In this document: in pieces, positions 39,814 through 54,690 of the stretch
Numbering within the stretch: position 1 is the stretch's first letter
Layout: every line of letters begins with the position of its first letter
Assembly: GCA_951406725.2 (NCBI GenBank)
Contig: OX597829.1
Location: 29,636,001 to 29,700,000, forward strand
DNA from: Octopus vulgaris
Taxonomy: Eukaryota
Direction: 5' to 3'
DNA: 64,000 nt
Program-made: the position numbers and the translations under genes
Notes under the pieces: model-generated
Told to the model about the DNA's origin: nothing
Seen by the model: only the letters and a program-made list of their open reading frames with translations
Databases searched by the model: none

Positions 39814-40390
39814 AGACACATCAAAAAAAGTAGGGCATTCAACAAATCTGTATTTGGCCTTAATGATGGCTCCTGTTCATTTTGCGTTCATGACAGCTGA
39901 CTCTAATAAGTCTTTGGCACTGAGGACCACTGCCTCTTTAATGGCACCCAGGTGCAGTAGTCCAAGGAATTCAAATCAGAGAAACTTGGAGGGAGCATTT
40001 TAGGAATTAAATGATTGTAATAGTGAAAGTCCTTGAGATCCATATGAGAAAGAGCAAAGTCTCTCTGAGACATGCATACTTTTGAACCCAGCTCAGCCCA
40101 CCTTCTCAATCTAGGGCTTGGCCACTGAATCTAGTACAGCTTGTGACATCCAGTTCAGGTGGTGGGATTTATTCTGAGATGTTGTGGGATGACGCGACAT
40201 GGCTGTTGTTACTTGCAATACCCAGGACCATCCGAGACAATGAGAACTTTGAGTGTATCTCACAGAAGTCTCCAACTTAATACTCTCAAAGCTATCCAAT
40301 ACTCTTCTTGATTAGCTTATGGCCTCCAATTTAACTCCAAAGAACCCAAACATTATTCAGCAAGTACCTCAACTGGACCACATAATATCC
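39800..40390 (-). mobile_element. Tc1/mariner transposase remnant
   Basis: LPPSFSDLNSLDYCTW resembles the WPPxSPDLNPxDYxxW catalytic-domain motif. Heavily decayed. Confidence 0.7.
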
Positions 40391-42384
40391 TCAGAGCTTG
40401 TCAGACAGGAACTGCTTTTCTCTTATGTATGACAATTATCTGATGCTATTGTGCATTGTATCTCTGTTGGTGGACCCTGCCACCTTCAGTTTTTCCATGT
40501 GTACAAGAATGCATGCATAAATGAGTGAGCCGGAGGAGTAAAAGCTGTCATAACACTTTCAACTGAACTTAAAAGTATTTCATTATATGACTTCCTTTAT
40601 TAATAGCAGTTTCATTTGTTTTGTCAACCTGATGGTATTGTCATTAATAACTTCCAGCCATATTGATGATGTCTAACCACTGAGAATTTTTTTTTCCCTC
40701 CTCATCACAAATGTCATGTCTCTGACTAAAGAACCCCAACTCTTTTACATCCCAGAACACCAAGTAACTAGCTGCTTTTAAGTAGCTGGTGATTTCTTAA
40801 GTTGTGTGATTGACAACTAGAATATCCTTTCCATATCAATCTATAATCTATCATGTTTAGGTTTTTAATACATCTGGAAAAATAAAAATTAATGAATATG
40901 TTAAAATTCATTTCTTGCCACAAAACATTGTATTAGCATGTCTTCTTTATATTGCTAGCTGAAGTTGTGTTCACAAATACCTTGTGTGTGTGTATGCCTG
41001 TGTATGCGTGTGCATGTGTGTTTGTGTATGCTTGAGTACCATAATGGGGAGAAAAAAAATCACTCAGTACTTGGCATTTTTTTTTATTCATCTGAGCATA
41101 AGCTCTGGTGCTACTTAGTCCTTCTCTATATACAATTCTTCAGATCACAATGTATTAATACTGAATGAAGAGTGTACCGTGTGGTTCTGATTTTAAATCT
41201 ATTTTAAATACACCAATGTTGGTATGCAAATATGTTATGGTTTTGTGTTGGTTAACATTAACTCCTTGTTCTTTGTACATTTTTAGTGTTACATTTTGAT
41301 TTATTTTAGTTCACAATTAAAAAAAATGTTAAAGTCATTATAGCATCTGACAGAATGGTTTGTGGTATTTGTTCTGTGTGTTCTGAGTCCAAATCACTCT
41401 GAGGTCAACTTTTCCTTTCCATCCTCTCAGTTGATAAATATAACACCAATCCTGGATGGTGGATTGACAGTGGTTTATGGCACCGGATGCCATGCAGTAT
41501 CTATTCCAGTTCTTTGCATTCTGAGTTCAAATCCCACTGTGACCTATTTGAGTGAGAGCCCCATCTAATACTACCATGACTTAACAACTTCGGTGCCTTT
41601 AGCAGAGTCTACTCTGTTACAAGCCTTGGACCAGATCTCCAGTTGGAAGATATTTTTCTTTTGTCTGTCCAACCGATCTTGGAGGCCTTGTAAAGGATCA
41701 TGGGTACTGCATAGCTACAGCCTTCCCCCTTGAACTAAAAGATAAAACAAAAACAAACAAAAAGAACAAAACTGAGTTGATATAATTGCGTCATTTTTTT
41801 TTTTTTTTTTTACTATGGTACCAGTACCCAGTTTAAATACTTATATCTTTAAATTTGTGTCTACATGTTCTGAACAGTTATTGTTCTGAGCACTGTATTA
41901 ATAATGGCAACAAGTGGTAGTTAGCTATGTATCTCAAATTTCTAATTTTCCAGCTGGCACCTTGTTATATCCAGGATGCAGTTAATCAGTTCTTTCATTT
42001 AATTATAAGATAGCCAGGTGAAATTTAAGTATATGTTGTTATTGTGTATCCTCAAATAATTTTTGGTCTTTTAGCTTTCAGATTACTGTGTTAAATGTAA
42101 TGCTTTGTTTATTCGAATTTGTTTTGAATTAATCATGCATTATCTTGTAACTTAGAGATTTTGATGATGTAATTGTATATTTTAAAATGTCATTATAGGG
42201 TAGATGTGACGTTGGATCTGGTGGGTTTAACATAATACAGGTTGAATATTTAAGCCAGATATGACCAGTTTAAGGGGCTAGTGCACATAGGGAGTCAGTT
42301 GTTGTTGCTCTAAGTTGTCCCTGATCAAACAGGCCTCACAACTAAAGGTTTTCCAGATACATTGCTCACCCAGATTACACGAAT

Positions 42385-42790
42385 AATGACTGAATGTGAG
42401 AAATTGAATAGTGACTGACTGAGTGAGTGAATGTTTGAAACTGAATAGTGCTTGAGTGTGAGAAATTGAATAAAATCTGAGCAACTTAGTGAGAAATTGA
42501 ATATTGAGTATAAGGTATTTTATAATGACTGAGTGAGAAATTGGATGATGATTGAGTGATTGAGTTTAAGAACTTGAATAGTGACTGAGTGTGAGAAACT
42601 GAATAATGACTGAGTGATTGAGTGTGAGAAATTGAATAGCAACTGAATTTGAGAAATTGAATAATGACTGATTGAGTGTGAGAAATTGCATAATGTCTGA
42701 GTGACTCAGTAAGAAACTGAACAACAATGACTGGGCGATTGAGTATGAGATATTGAATAGTGACTGAGTATGAGAAATTAAATATCAATG
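42385..42790. repeat. Minisatellite, ~25-29-bp unit GACTGAGTGTGAGAAATTGAATAAT
   Basis: Roughly 14 degenerate tandem copies are visible. Confidence 0.85.
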
Positions 42791-45700
42791 AAGAGATTCA
42801 AAGAAAAGATTGAATGTGTGAGTGTGTGTATATGGCAGTGGGGATAGAAAAACAAAAAAAATGTAAAATGGAATTATTACTGAAGTTATATTATTATTAT
42901 TATTATTATTATCCTCATCAGAGAGTGGGAGCATTACACAGCAGGAGTATCATATTTTGTTAGTTTCTTATCTCTAAACAGAATTTGAAGCTGACTATTA
43001 GTGAAGCATATTTTTTTTAAAAAAACATTCACTCTAAAGTATGATTTACTTGGTTTTTTTTTGGTTTTTTTTTTTGGTTTTTTCCACTCTGTGTGGCTGT
43101 GTCTGTAATTGGCTGTATGTGCATGTGGCTGTATATGTGTCTGTGTATCTATGTGTGCATACAGGAATGCATACATAAATGAGTGAGTTGGAGGAGTAAG
43201 AGCTGTCATAACTTTTTTTCAACTGGATTTACTGATAAAATAAAGAAAATATTTAAAAGTTTTCCAATATGTGGCTTCCTTTATTAATAGCAGCTTCATT
43301 TATTCATTTCTTTTTTTTTGGTTCCCTTTCTGAATCTTTTCTGTTCCATTAATGTAAAAAATGTTTATGTGTGTGAGAGAGAGAGAGAGAGAGCAAAACA
43401 TCACATCTATATTATGGTTTCCTATAAGTATTAGAGTTGCTATCTAGGATCTTTAGGTGTAATAGTAAGAGTAAATATGTGAATGTGTATGAGAGAGAGA
43501 GAGAGAGAGAGCAGATTTACCAGATAACCAGACAGAAGGTTTGAAACTTTTATCCAGTTCGTAATACTCCTGTTATGTCAATGGCTAAGACATAACTCTC
43601 AGATAGTCTACTTCAGCACAGTATAAATAAATACCTATGAGAATATAATTGCATAAACAGCAATAGTACATTGAGCGGAATATTTCATTAACTTTAATAT
43701 TGATAATATTGATACCCCATCAAAAAGTGAAATGACAGAGGTATGTATACTGTATGATGGCAAAGACTTCAGTGGTGTATCCGTGGATTTTAAGATGGAA
43801 GGCATGTGGCTTAGTGGTTAAGGTATTTAGCTCATGATCAGAGGTTCATGAGTTCAATTCCCAGCAGTGTATTATGCCCTTGAGCAAGACACTTTATTTC
43901 ATGTTCCTCCAGTCCACTCAGTTGGCAAAAATGAGTAGTTACTTGTATTGGCAACCTTGTCACATTCTGTGTCATGTTGAATCTCCCTGTGAAATACATT
44001 AAGGGTACACGTGTCTGGAGTGCTCAGCCATTCACACGTTAATTTCACAAGTAGGCTGTTTTGTTGATCAGATCAACTAGAATCCTTGTTTTAATCAACG
44101 AAGTACCAAATATTATGGACTATTTCTGTATAAGATGTCTGTCATGTATATATATACAATGCATATGTATATAAGTGTGTCTGTATGCAAATTTGTGTAT
44201 ATATACTCCTTTACTTGTTTCAGTCATTTGACTGTGGCCATGCTGGAGCACCACCTTTAGTCAAGCACATCGATCCCAGGACTTATTCTTTGTAAGCCTA
44301 GTACTTATTCTATCGGTCTCTTTTGCCGAACCGCTAAATTACGTGAACGTAAACACACCAGCATCGGTTGTCACCAAATCTACTCACAAGGGTTTGGTCG
44401 GCCCGAGGCAGTGGGACTGAACTGGAACCATGTAGTTCGTAAGCAAGCTACTTACCACACAGCCACTCTTACGCCTATATGTGTAAATATGTATACATAA
44501 ACATGAACTACATTTATTCAGGTTTAAAATGCACCTTTTTTTATGGTCTGATTTCTAAAACATTGGCTTTACTCTAGGTGCATTTTTATAGCTTACACCA
44601 GTAAAGTTCAAAAGTCACATTTAAATGCTTTTTGTTAATATGCACGAATATTTTTAATGTACTTTTTCCAGCATTTACAGTAAATATGACTAAACATCCT
44701 TTTTTCTATGCATTGTAATATTAAATAAAAGTCAATGTATATGAAACACAAGTTATTTTTTTGCCTAGAATTTTATTACCCATTGTTATAGGTGCACATT
44801 ACATATAGTGCGTATTATGTGGAGGCGCTAGCTTAGTGTAGCACTCGTAGTTGTGAGATTGTGGTTTCAGTTCCTGGACCAGGCAGTGAGTTGTGGTTCT
44901 GAACAAAACACTTCATTTTATGTTGTTACAGTTCACCCAGTTGGCAAAAAGATGTAACCCTGTGATAGACTGGTGTCCCATCCAGGTGGATAGTACAGAA
45001 TATATAATCTGAAGAATCTGTTAAACTGGTTTTATGAGCCTATGACTCAGGAAAGACCTTTGCTTTTTTATTTTTTATATTTAAAAAAAATTTTTTTTTT
45101 TTTTAGTGCTTATTATACATGCATCCCTTAGAAGTTAGGGTACTGAACTCATAATTGTAAAACCATAGTTTCAATTTCTGGATCAGGTAGTGCTTTGTGT
45201 TATTGAGTAAAATGCTTCATTTCATGTCCCTACAGTTTGCTCAGTCATAAATGAGTTCTGTTAGTAGCTGGGAAGTTAATCCTTCTGCTCACCAGTGTCT
45301 CATTCTAAGTTACTTATAAACTAATGAAACTGGCCTTGTGAGCCCTAGTACTCATGATAAATCTAAGTCTTATCATGTCCTTGAGATCAGCCTTCATCAC
45401 TTCCATACATTCCTTCCACTTTGATCTCTTTACTTTTTTTGCCTGACTCTCCTCATTCATGTCTGCATCTGCACAGTCTTCTCTCTTACATACTACATCT
45501 GATACTTCTTAGTAAATGAACATGTGATCAAGTACATTTGAACCATGACTGTTCCATATTCTTGTATTCACTGGCTAGTGTATCCTTCCATTTTTACCCT
45601 TTAATGTTCAAATTACTCTGCCAAGTATAAAGTTTATTTATTCATCATCATCGTCGTCATCATTGTTTAACATCCGATTTCCATTCTGGCATGGGTTGGA

Positions 45701-46204
45701 TGGTTTGACTGAGGTCTGGTGAACCAGATGGCTGCACCTAGCTCCAATCTGATCAGGCAATGTTTCTATAGCTGGATGCCCTTCCTAAAGCCAACCTCTC
45801 CGAGATTGCAGTAGGTGCTTTTTACATGTGAGATTTTGATGTTATTGTCTTCTTTTAGGATGGAATTGTAGCGTAGGTGTGAGAGGTTAGACTTGGCCAG
45901 TTTGAACTTAAAACAGAAGGCATATCTGGGCTGGATATGACCAGTTTAAATGCTAAATTGGTATTGTATGATTCAGTGAAGTTTAGTTTATACTTGTAGC
46001 AAGTCAAGTTACCATGTACAAGCTCTTTCGTGGTCTTATATTTAGAGAGCATCAGTAGAAGGCATGCATTGCATCAGTAATTGATGCAAAAGAGAAAAAT
46101 CTACGAAGAAATCTAAAAATACAAAGATGTAACAAATTTTTTCTTTTAAAATAAAATCTATTTTTGAGAGAAATTTATCTTAAATGATAAAAATATTCAT
46201 TTTC

Positions 46205-46450
46205 TCATGTAACGTGGAACATCATGCACCATTCCTGAAGAGAAGGGATTGATCTCACATTCCAGGAATGTCAGTGATACTTATGGTAAGACATGTTGGC
46301 GAGATGTATCCAGCTAAGCTATCTTTATCTTTCCTGAGAGTATGAGACAAGGAGTGGGGAGCATTGCTTATCATTCCGCTTGATTATTGAGACTGATAAT
46401 TGCAGTACAAGTTTGAATATAGGAGGGAGGGCGTCTCCTTCTTCCATTCA
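46205..46450 (+). mobile_element. Decayed RTE LINE AP-endonuclease N-terminal remnant
   Basis: TWNI...MLARCIQL...YETR...RREGVSFF resembles WNVRTL...ELARYxIDIAALSETR...GVGF. Several stops. Confidence 0.45.
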
Positions 46451-49044
46451 TATCAATGGCTTACACAAGCCATATTTGTGTGTGTGTTGTATATACCATG
46501 TCACATGATTAAAGTTATTTTTTATTTTGAGATATTCACAAAAGATTGAGATTTTATGCGATACCAAATTCTTCAAAGTATTTTCATTTAATTAAAACCT
46601 TTTGGGTTGTGATGGCAGCTTTGATTCCATTAGTTGTATTTATTTATTATTTTTTTAATTTCAAATGTTGTTTATTCCCTCTGCTATTAACATTATTATT
46701 TAAATCCTACTATTAAAGTAATCATGCCATTTCTACTATTATCCTGCTGCACAATTCTTGTCGCACAATTCTTGCCTCACATACAGACATATACAGGCAC
46801 TCGTGTGTGTGTATGTTCATACAAGCATGCACACACATACTGATGTGTGTGAACACATTCTCCCTCAGCATTCACCTATAACCATAAATATATGTAATGA
46901 GTCTTACTCCTCCCCTCTGTCCTCAACTGTTGATTGCTTTATTGGTTGGTTGATTGGTTGACTTTATTCAGTATAAATCACATCACATACCTGTGTGTGT
47001 GGGGGCGGGTGGAATTGTACATGTTTATAGAATCACCATGTAGACAAGCATCATGTGGAGCATTTTAGCTTGACTTGCCCCTTTTATTTTATTCTTTTTT
47101 TCCTGGTTTTCCTTAACCTATGTCCACTCTAAACATTCTACATTCTATTCCAAAGGAAGATTATCTTTTTATCTTTTATTTGTTTCAGTCATTAGACTGC
47201 GGCCATGCTAGAGCATCGCCTTAAAGAATCTTTTAACTGAAAAACCCCAATACATATTTCATGTTTCTTTTTAAAGCCTCGTACTTATTGGCATATTTTT
47301 TGAACTGCTAAGTTATGAGGATATAAACAAACCAACACTGGTTGTTAAGTGGTGAGGAGAGACAAACATATACACATTCAAACACGGTTGAGTTATGTAT
47401 GTATGTGTTTGTGTTGTGCATGTGTATTGCATGTATTGTATGTGTATGTTGAGTGTGTGTTATGTGTGTATTTTGTGTATGGTATGTGTGATGTGTTATG
47501 CTACAGTATATGTGTTAAGCTATGGTATGTATGGTATGTTATGTGTGTATGTTATATATTTTACATATCTTATGCAATTATCTTTATTTGTAAAAGCAAA
47601 TTACAGTACTCAATGTTAGGATAAGTGTGTGTGTGATTTCTTTAGATTTGATGTCTTTTTTTCTTTGTCACTTGAATGCACAAAAATGTAATTCAGTATC
47701 ATCAGTGTAAATCATTGGCTTTTCTCATTTGTGCATCAAAATATGTGATTATCTACAATATATATCTTCTTGTGTCTAGGGTAGGTCATTATGCCAATAA
47801 AAATAAACACATGCATTGGTTCAGTATCACTTTACTTTTGTCCAATCAGTTTACACACACACACCTCATCATTATCATCATTTAATATCTGTTATCCATG
47901 CTGGTCTGTTGTGGCAAGGTTTCTAAAGTTGGATGCCCTTCTTAACACTAACCAGTTATGGGTGTGTTGGGTGCTTATCCACACCCTCAGTGCTCCATGC
48001 AAATATAATATCTAACATTTCATTTCAGTTTTTACAATTTTAATGATGGATCCATTTTATTGATTGGATCCATCTGGCAACACAAACACACACCTGCCTT
48101 TATATACATGTATATCTATTTGTGTTTATGTATGCACTTATGTTTGTGTATGTGTGTGTGTAAAAAGCCCCCACTACACGTGGATTGGTTGGCGTCAGGA
48201 AGGGCATCCAGCTGTAGGAGCATTGCCAGATCAGATTGGAGCCTGGTGCAGCCTTCTGGCTTGCCAGCCCTCAATTAAACCATCCAACCCATGCCAGCAT
48301 GGGAAACAGATGTTAAACGATGATGATGATGACACATGAATATGTAAATGTACATGTGGATATGAGTGTGTGTGTATACATGAATATATAAATGTACTTG
48401 TGTGCACACAGCAACACCCGCTCATGCACTTTTCTCCTCATCTTTTGCCTCTCACCACCAAATCAAATGCCAGCCCCTAACTTGTTTGTTGGCTCACACC
48501 CTTATATATATATATATATATATACATCGTTCACATAAACACAAACATACACACACACACTAGCTATCTTCACACTCTCCTGTTCCAAAAAGCAACTTTC
48601 TCTATCTCTTTCCACTTCTGGTCACTTCAGCCATGTAACCACATGTGCTATTGGCGATATTTTTCTTTCTCTGGACTCTTCCATTTCCCTTTCTGATGAA
48701 GAGCTTATGCTTAAAACATCAAAACCCCTCTCTTTTTTTTTTCCACATTTTACTGATTGTCAAACTAATGCATTCCCTGTGTATGCCCTCTTCTTGTTTT
48801 GTTATAGTTATCTTTAATGTTCAATTATTCACTTTGACCATATATGTATATATTTGGCATTAGGAAGGGCATCCAGCATTAGAAACCATTCCAAAACAGA
48901 CAGGGAGCCTGAACAGCCTTTCAGCTGGTCAACTCCTATCAAACCATCCAACCCGTGTCAGCATGGAAAACTGACGTTAAATGGAGGTGGCGGCAGTGTG
49001 TGTGTATGAGAGCACACACACATACATACATACATATATATATA

Positions 49045-49435
49045 TCTTTATATATAAAAGTGAAGTTGTGTGTCTGTCTCCTACGATTTAGATTCCTAAC
49101 TACTCCCACATTTTGCGGTGCAGTTTAACCAAAACTGGGTATCTTATAGTCGTGATTCATATCGAGCCCTTCTGGGTATTAGTGCACGTCTACGACGAGT
49201 CTACGATTTAAAAAAAATTTACCATGAATTTTTCCCATTTTTATTGCATTTTTGGCATATATAAGGAAAGTAACTCTCTAAAAATGTATTATTAAATCTC
49301 AGAACGTAAAAAGCCACAGTAACCCCCCCCTTTGTGGTTAGCCATATTGAGATGGCTATTATACTTTACATCTCTAAAAATGCTTATATAGTTATTTCCC
49401 TTACAAACCCGAGCAACGCCGGGCGATACTGCTAG
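49045..49435 (+). mobile_element. Non-autonomous Helitron, copy B
   Basis: A|TC...CCCGAGCAACGCCGGGCGATACTGCTAG|T; colinear with 412-801. Confidence 0.9.
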
Positions 49436-50860
49436 TATATATAATAATATGAGGGAATATTAGTTTTAGTTATTATTTTCTACTTTACTTAATTATTGTT
49501 ATATGTTTTATCTTATATTTAATCTTTCTAAAAGATGTAATTTTTCTAAAAGTTATAATTTAATTTTTCATTATTGAATTGATAAAAGGTGGTTTATTTC
49601 CTAATTTATATATATATATATATATGCATGTTTATACACATGTATATATATTATATTATACATATATGTGTGTTATTGTGTGTATAGTTTTTTTTTGTAG
49701 TCCAGATAAAGCAGACCAATGATAGTTGATTGAATAACAAGCTTTATGTGTTCTTCACATACACTATTGCAGATATACCATCTCATAGTATGGTGCTGCA
49801 CACTGCATGTTCTAACATGTAGTGGTATGTAGTGTTTAGTTGTGTGGTAGTTAGGCATCTTATATTTGTTATCCATCTGTTTTTGTATGTTCATACCATT
49901 CTGATGTGGTGGTCACAGAGCTGGGTAAAGTTGCCATTCTTCTGTGCAATTGGTTATAATGAGGTTGTTGACACTTTTTGCAGCTATATTTGTGTTCATA
50001 TTTGTGTGTGTGTGTATATATTTATTTACATGTGTATTTCTATATTTGTTTTTATATATGTGTGTTTGTGTCTATATTTGTGTGTGTATTTATGTTTCTC
50101 ATGTGCATGTGTATTCATTTGTGTGTGTGTGTGTGTCTGTGTGTGTCTGTGTGTGCACGCATCAGGACTGAATAGGTAAGATAGTAGTGTAGTAGTTAGT
50201 GCTTTGGGGTGTTGTGATAGTATCCCAAGTTGCTATGGTAACATTCTTTAATATTTCATATTGTCTGAACTTATGTGAGAGAGATATTATTTTTAGGACC
50301 AGACTGTTGTTATTGTTCCATCCCAGGTCTGCCACTTTTGAGCAGAATTATGATCAACATTCCATTCAGGACCAAGTCACTTTTCTTCTGACCCCCCGCC
50401 TCCCTAATTTTTCTAAAGTTGTGATTTGCTATATAGATTTGACTGTTATTTCTAGCAGATCAAACATCATTATAAAGGACCACCCCTCATTATCTCATTA
50501 GTGAAAATATATATATGAACTGTGTGGGAGGAACACTGATTTTTAGATTAGCAGTTCTAAAGTGTTGTTTAGCATCTTCACCCTTGCTCTCATCCGCTGT
50601 CTGCCCTGATTGAGCAGACCAATAATCAAAGGCATTTCAGCAATAATCATGCAAAAGAAAGGAGTGGTGGTCATAGTAATGGGGTTGGGATGGTTTCAGT
50701 TATGTAGAACTATATTTATGTAATATACTCCTGTCCTTATATAAAAACAGAATGGTGTGATTTGAGGGAAACTTAGTTGCTGTTTCTAACGGTCCTAACC
50801 ACCATATATATGTATGTGTGTGTGTGTGTGTGTCTGTGTGTATATATATATATGTGTGTC

Positions 50861-50908
<48 letters not shown>

Positions 50909-53252
50909 GGCTCCCTTGATTGTGGTGGTGCTGCTGCTGTTGTATGGCTATAAGTATTTGGAAATAATTTTACTGTAAATGTAAAGTTATTTGTAAATAT
51001 GATACACTATCATTGACCTAAATTGGAATGACCTCTGTGAGGGAGTTGGGTGAAGTTAAATGCTTCTCACCACACATTCTTTCTCTTTCTTTTCTCTCTC
51101 ATTTCTCTTTCTTTCATTCTCTCTTTCCCCCCCCCCCACTCTGTGTATTCTATGATGTGTTGAAACTAGGGTTGGGTGATAATTTAAATCTTTTTTAGTA
51201 AGGTGATAAAAAGCACATTTATCTTGGCTGTTTAGCAAGGATATCTAATCTGCTTAAGTTTCTTTATTTTATTTTCTGTTTTTATTTTTTTTTATTTTCC
51301 TTCAACTTAGTAGTGTGTTGGGAGCATTCTACCCTGGGGGGCAGGTACTGCTGAAAAGTACTCTAGAAATTCTATAAGATTCAGAATTGCAACACTAGCC
51401 TGTAATGGACTTGGAACATTGGAACAAAATAGAAAATACATTTTAAAATATGTGAGTTCTAAAAGAAAATATGTTCCACATATGTGACTTGAATATTGTG
51501 TATGGTGTTTGTATGATTAATTTGGTTCTTCTCGAAATGTTTTGAAAACGACCCAAATTGCTAACTGTTGGGTTGTTGTTGTTGCTGTAATCGTCTTTTA
51601 ATCCCAGGATAATCTATGACCAAAGGTATTCTAACAGTGATCATGCCATCCTTTTAGAGTTATCCAATCCATCTTTCCTTTTAACTCTTTTGTTATCATA
51701 TTTCTGTTGAAGTACACTTCTTTTGTGTCAATAAATTTTGGAAATACTGAAGAATTTATTAATATAATTTTGTTATTATTAAGCTGTTGGTTGGAACACA
51801 AATTAACATGGAATTTTTATGGAAGGTTTCAATTCATGGTTTCATGTTGAAACAGGAATTTGGGTTGATAATTAGAATGTCTTATTTGACTTGTGGCTGT
51901 TCAATTTAAATCTTTCTTAGAGATTGATGTATTCTTAATCAATTCAAGAAATGGTATTCTACAAATGAGGTGGAACATACAATTTCTTGTAATCCAGACC
52001 GTCCCATGGTCCTAGCAGCAGATAAAATGGAAAAGGCATTGGCCCAGAAGATGACAAGAGAGATATACTGGAACAGCCACCCTGACTCACCAGGCTTGCA
52101 CCTGCAGATAGCTATCTCCACCCTGATATTAGTCAGCAAGGATATGGTCTGGCAGCTGAGAACACTTGAGGTCTCCATTACCACAGGCTCAACTATTCCA
52201 AACTTAGTTTAATCCTTTTGAAACCAACCCTCTGAAACTTCTCTTGGTTCTGTGATACAAACTTTTCGTTTTAAAGTGGTGTAAATTAAAATCTTCCATT
52301 AAGATTTCATGTTAATTCCTGTTCCAAATATCAGCTTCGTAACAGCTCCATTATTTTACTAAATTTTTAATTATTTTCAAAATTCATTAAAACAATTGTT
52401 ATGTACTTCAATGACTTGTTTCACTCACTGAACTGCAGTCATGCTGGGGCATGAAGGATTTAATCAAACAAATTGACTCCAGTACTATTCTATTGGTCTT
52501 TTGCCAAACTACTAAGTCATGGGGATGTAAACAAACCAACACCAGTTGTCAAGCAGTAGGGGTAGGGTACAAACACAACACTAGCACAAAGGTACAAACA
52601 CATAGATATGATGGTCTTCCTTGCAGTTTCCATCTACCAAATTCACTCACAAAGCATTGGTCAGCCCAGGGATATAATAGAAGACTAGAAGACGCCCTAG
52701 TGCTGTGCAAAGAACCGGACACAAAATCATATGGTTGCAAAGTGAGCTTCCTAACCATACTGCTGTACTGGCGCCTTTGCATAGAGTATGCTTAAGTATT
52801 AAATGTATAAAATACAAATTGTTATAAGAGATTCAAAATATCCTCTCAGATATTTTGTTGTACTAAGGATGGTAAGTTCTGTTTTCCCATCACAAACTGT
52901 GCCCTTATTCAAACCCACCTTCACAGCCTTGTTAATGGTTGTAATTGACCCCTCTCATGTCTGTTGCCAACATACTTAAATTTACTTGGTTCAGTTTTCA
53001 CTTAGTTACTAATAAGCAATATCCATTTTATAACTAAGACCATTATATATTGACCTTTTTTTTTTTTTTTTTTTTTTTTTTGTAAACTGTATTTTGGAAG
53101 CTCAAATCCTCCCCCTCCTGTTTGGAAACTGGAGAAGAGAATTCAGGGGATACCACTCTGGGGTATTTTCTTTGCCTCTACAAGAGTGATATCCCAAAAA
53201 TTCTGAATGCTAGAGATAATTCTTTGCAATCAATAACCTCATTTATTAGGTG

Positions 53253-53290
<38 letters not shown>

Positions 53291-53649
53291 TCTCTCTCTC
53301 TCTCTCTCATGTGTACACATTCATGCTTGCATATACACTCACATTTGTGTACCCACATGCTTATACACTCACATCACTCTTACGCTCTCACATGCATACA
53401 CTCTCACATTCACTCTGTCAGTTTCTTACACTCACTCAAGCTCATTCACACTCACGCTCACTCACTCTCATGCTCACTCACTCTCACACTCATTCACTCT
53501 CGCATGATCACTCTCACTCAACTCTCTCTCTCACCAACTCTTACACTCATTCTCACTTTCTTTCTCTAACACACATTCTCTCTAACATACGCACATTCTC
53601 TCTAATACACATTCTCTCTAACACACACACACACACATTCTCTCTCTCG

Positions 53650-53686
<37 letters not shown>

Positions 53687-54105
53687 ATAATGCTATTTTA
53701 TCAATCTCTCTGTGGCTGCTACACTTCCAAATTAGGTGCCAATCTTTGCTCCTTGTTCCTTTTTTTTTTTTTACTTAGATTCCTCTTATGGTGTGGTCTT
53801 TAATCTAATTACTTTACCATTTGCTGCACCTGATTTGGAATCTTTTGGATGATGCTGTGAGAGGTAGAATGAACTAGAGTGTGTGTTGAAGGGGAGAGGA
53901 GGTAATAAACGATATGGTGAAGAGAGGGAAATAATTGTGTGTGTTATTAAAGACCAGTTATATTGTTGATTTCCAGTTGGAATATATGATTCCCATGGGA
54001 CAATATCACATTCCAACTTTGCAAATTGATGGAGAATATTGAAATTCTTCAAGAGTACTTTTATTTCTTTATATATCTAGTACAGATTTTTGTCTTTTAG
54101 CAAGT

Positions 54106-54133
<28 letters not shown>

Positions 54134-54136
<3 letters not shown>

Positions 54137-54690
54137 TTCAGCTGTATATATATATACACACCCAAACATTCAGCTGTATATATACACACAAACATTCAGC
54201 TGTATATATATACACCCAAACATTCAGCTGTATATATATACGCACAAACATTCAGCTGTATATATATACACGCACAAACATTCAGCTATATATATACACG
54301 CACAAACATTCAGCTATATATATACACGCAAAAACATTCAGCTGTATATATATACACACAAACATTCAGCTGTATATATATACAAACACAAACATTCAGC
54401 TGTATATATATACACCCAAACATTCAGCTGTATATATATACACACACAAACATTCAGCTGTATATATATACACCCAAACATTCAGCTGTATACACACACA
54501 AACATTCAGCTGTATATATATATATATACACGCAAAAACATTCAGCTGTATATATACACACACAAACATTCAGCTGTATATATACACACACAAACATTCT
54601 GCTATATATATATACACACAAACATTCAGCTGTATATATATGCACAAACATTCAGCTGTATATATATACACGCACAAACATTCAGCTGTA
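54134..54690. repeat. Minisatellite: constant core AAACATTCAGCTGTA with a variable (TA)n(CA)n linker, about 20 units
   Basis: Directly visible; unit length about 24-34 bp. Confidence 0.95.

Noticed and set aside
40500-43300. Similar ~120-bp segments at about 40500-40620 and 43158-43300
   Set aside because: Diverged, with no termini or structure; most likely an old dispersed repeat.
51970-52212. Possible extra exon or small gene
   Set aside because: Exons 3 and 4 already join seamlessly, and the peptide looks more like a decayed RTE LINE C-terminus.
54134-54690. CRISPR-like array (constant repeat with variable spacers)
   Set aside because: The spacers are only TA/CA slippage variants, there are no cas genes, and the context is a eukaryotic intron.
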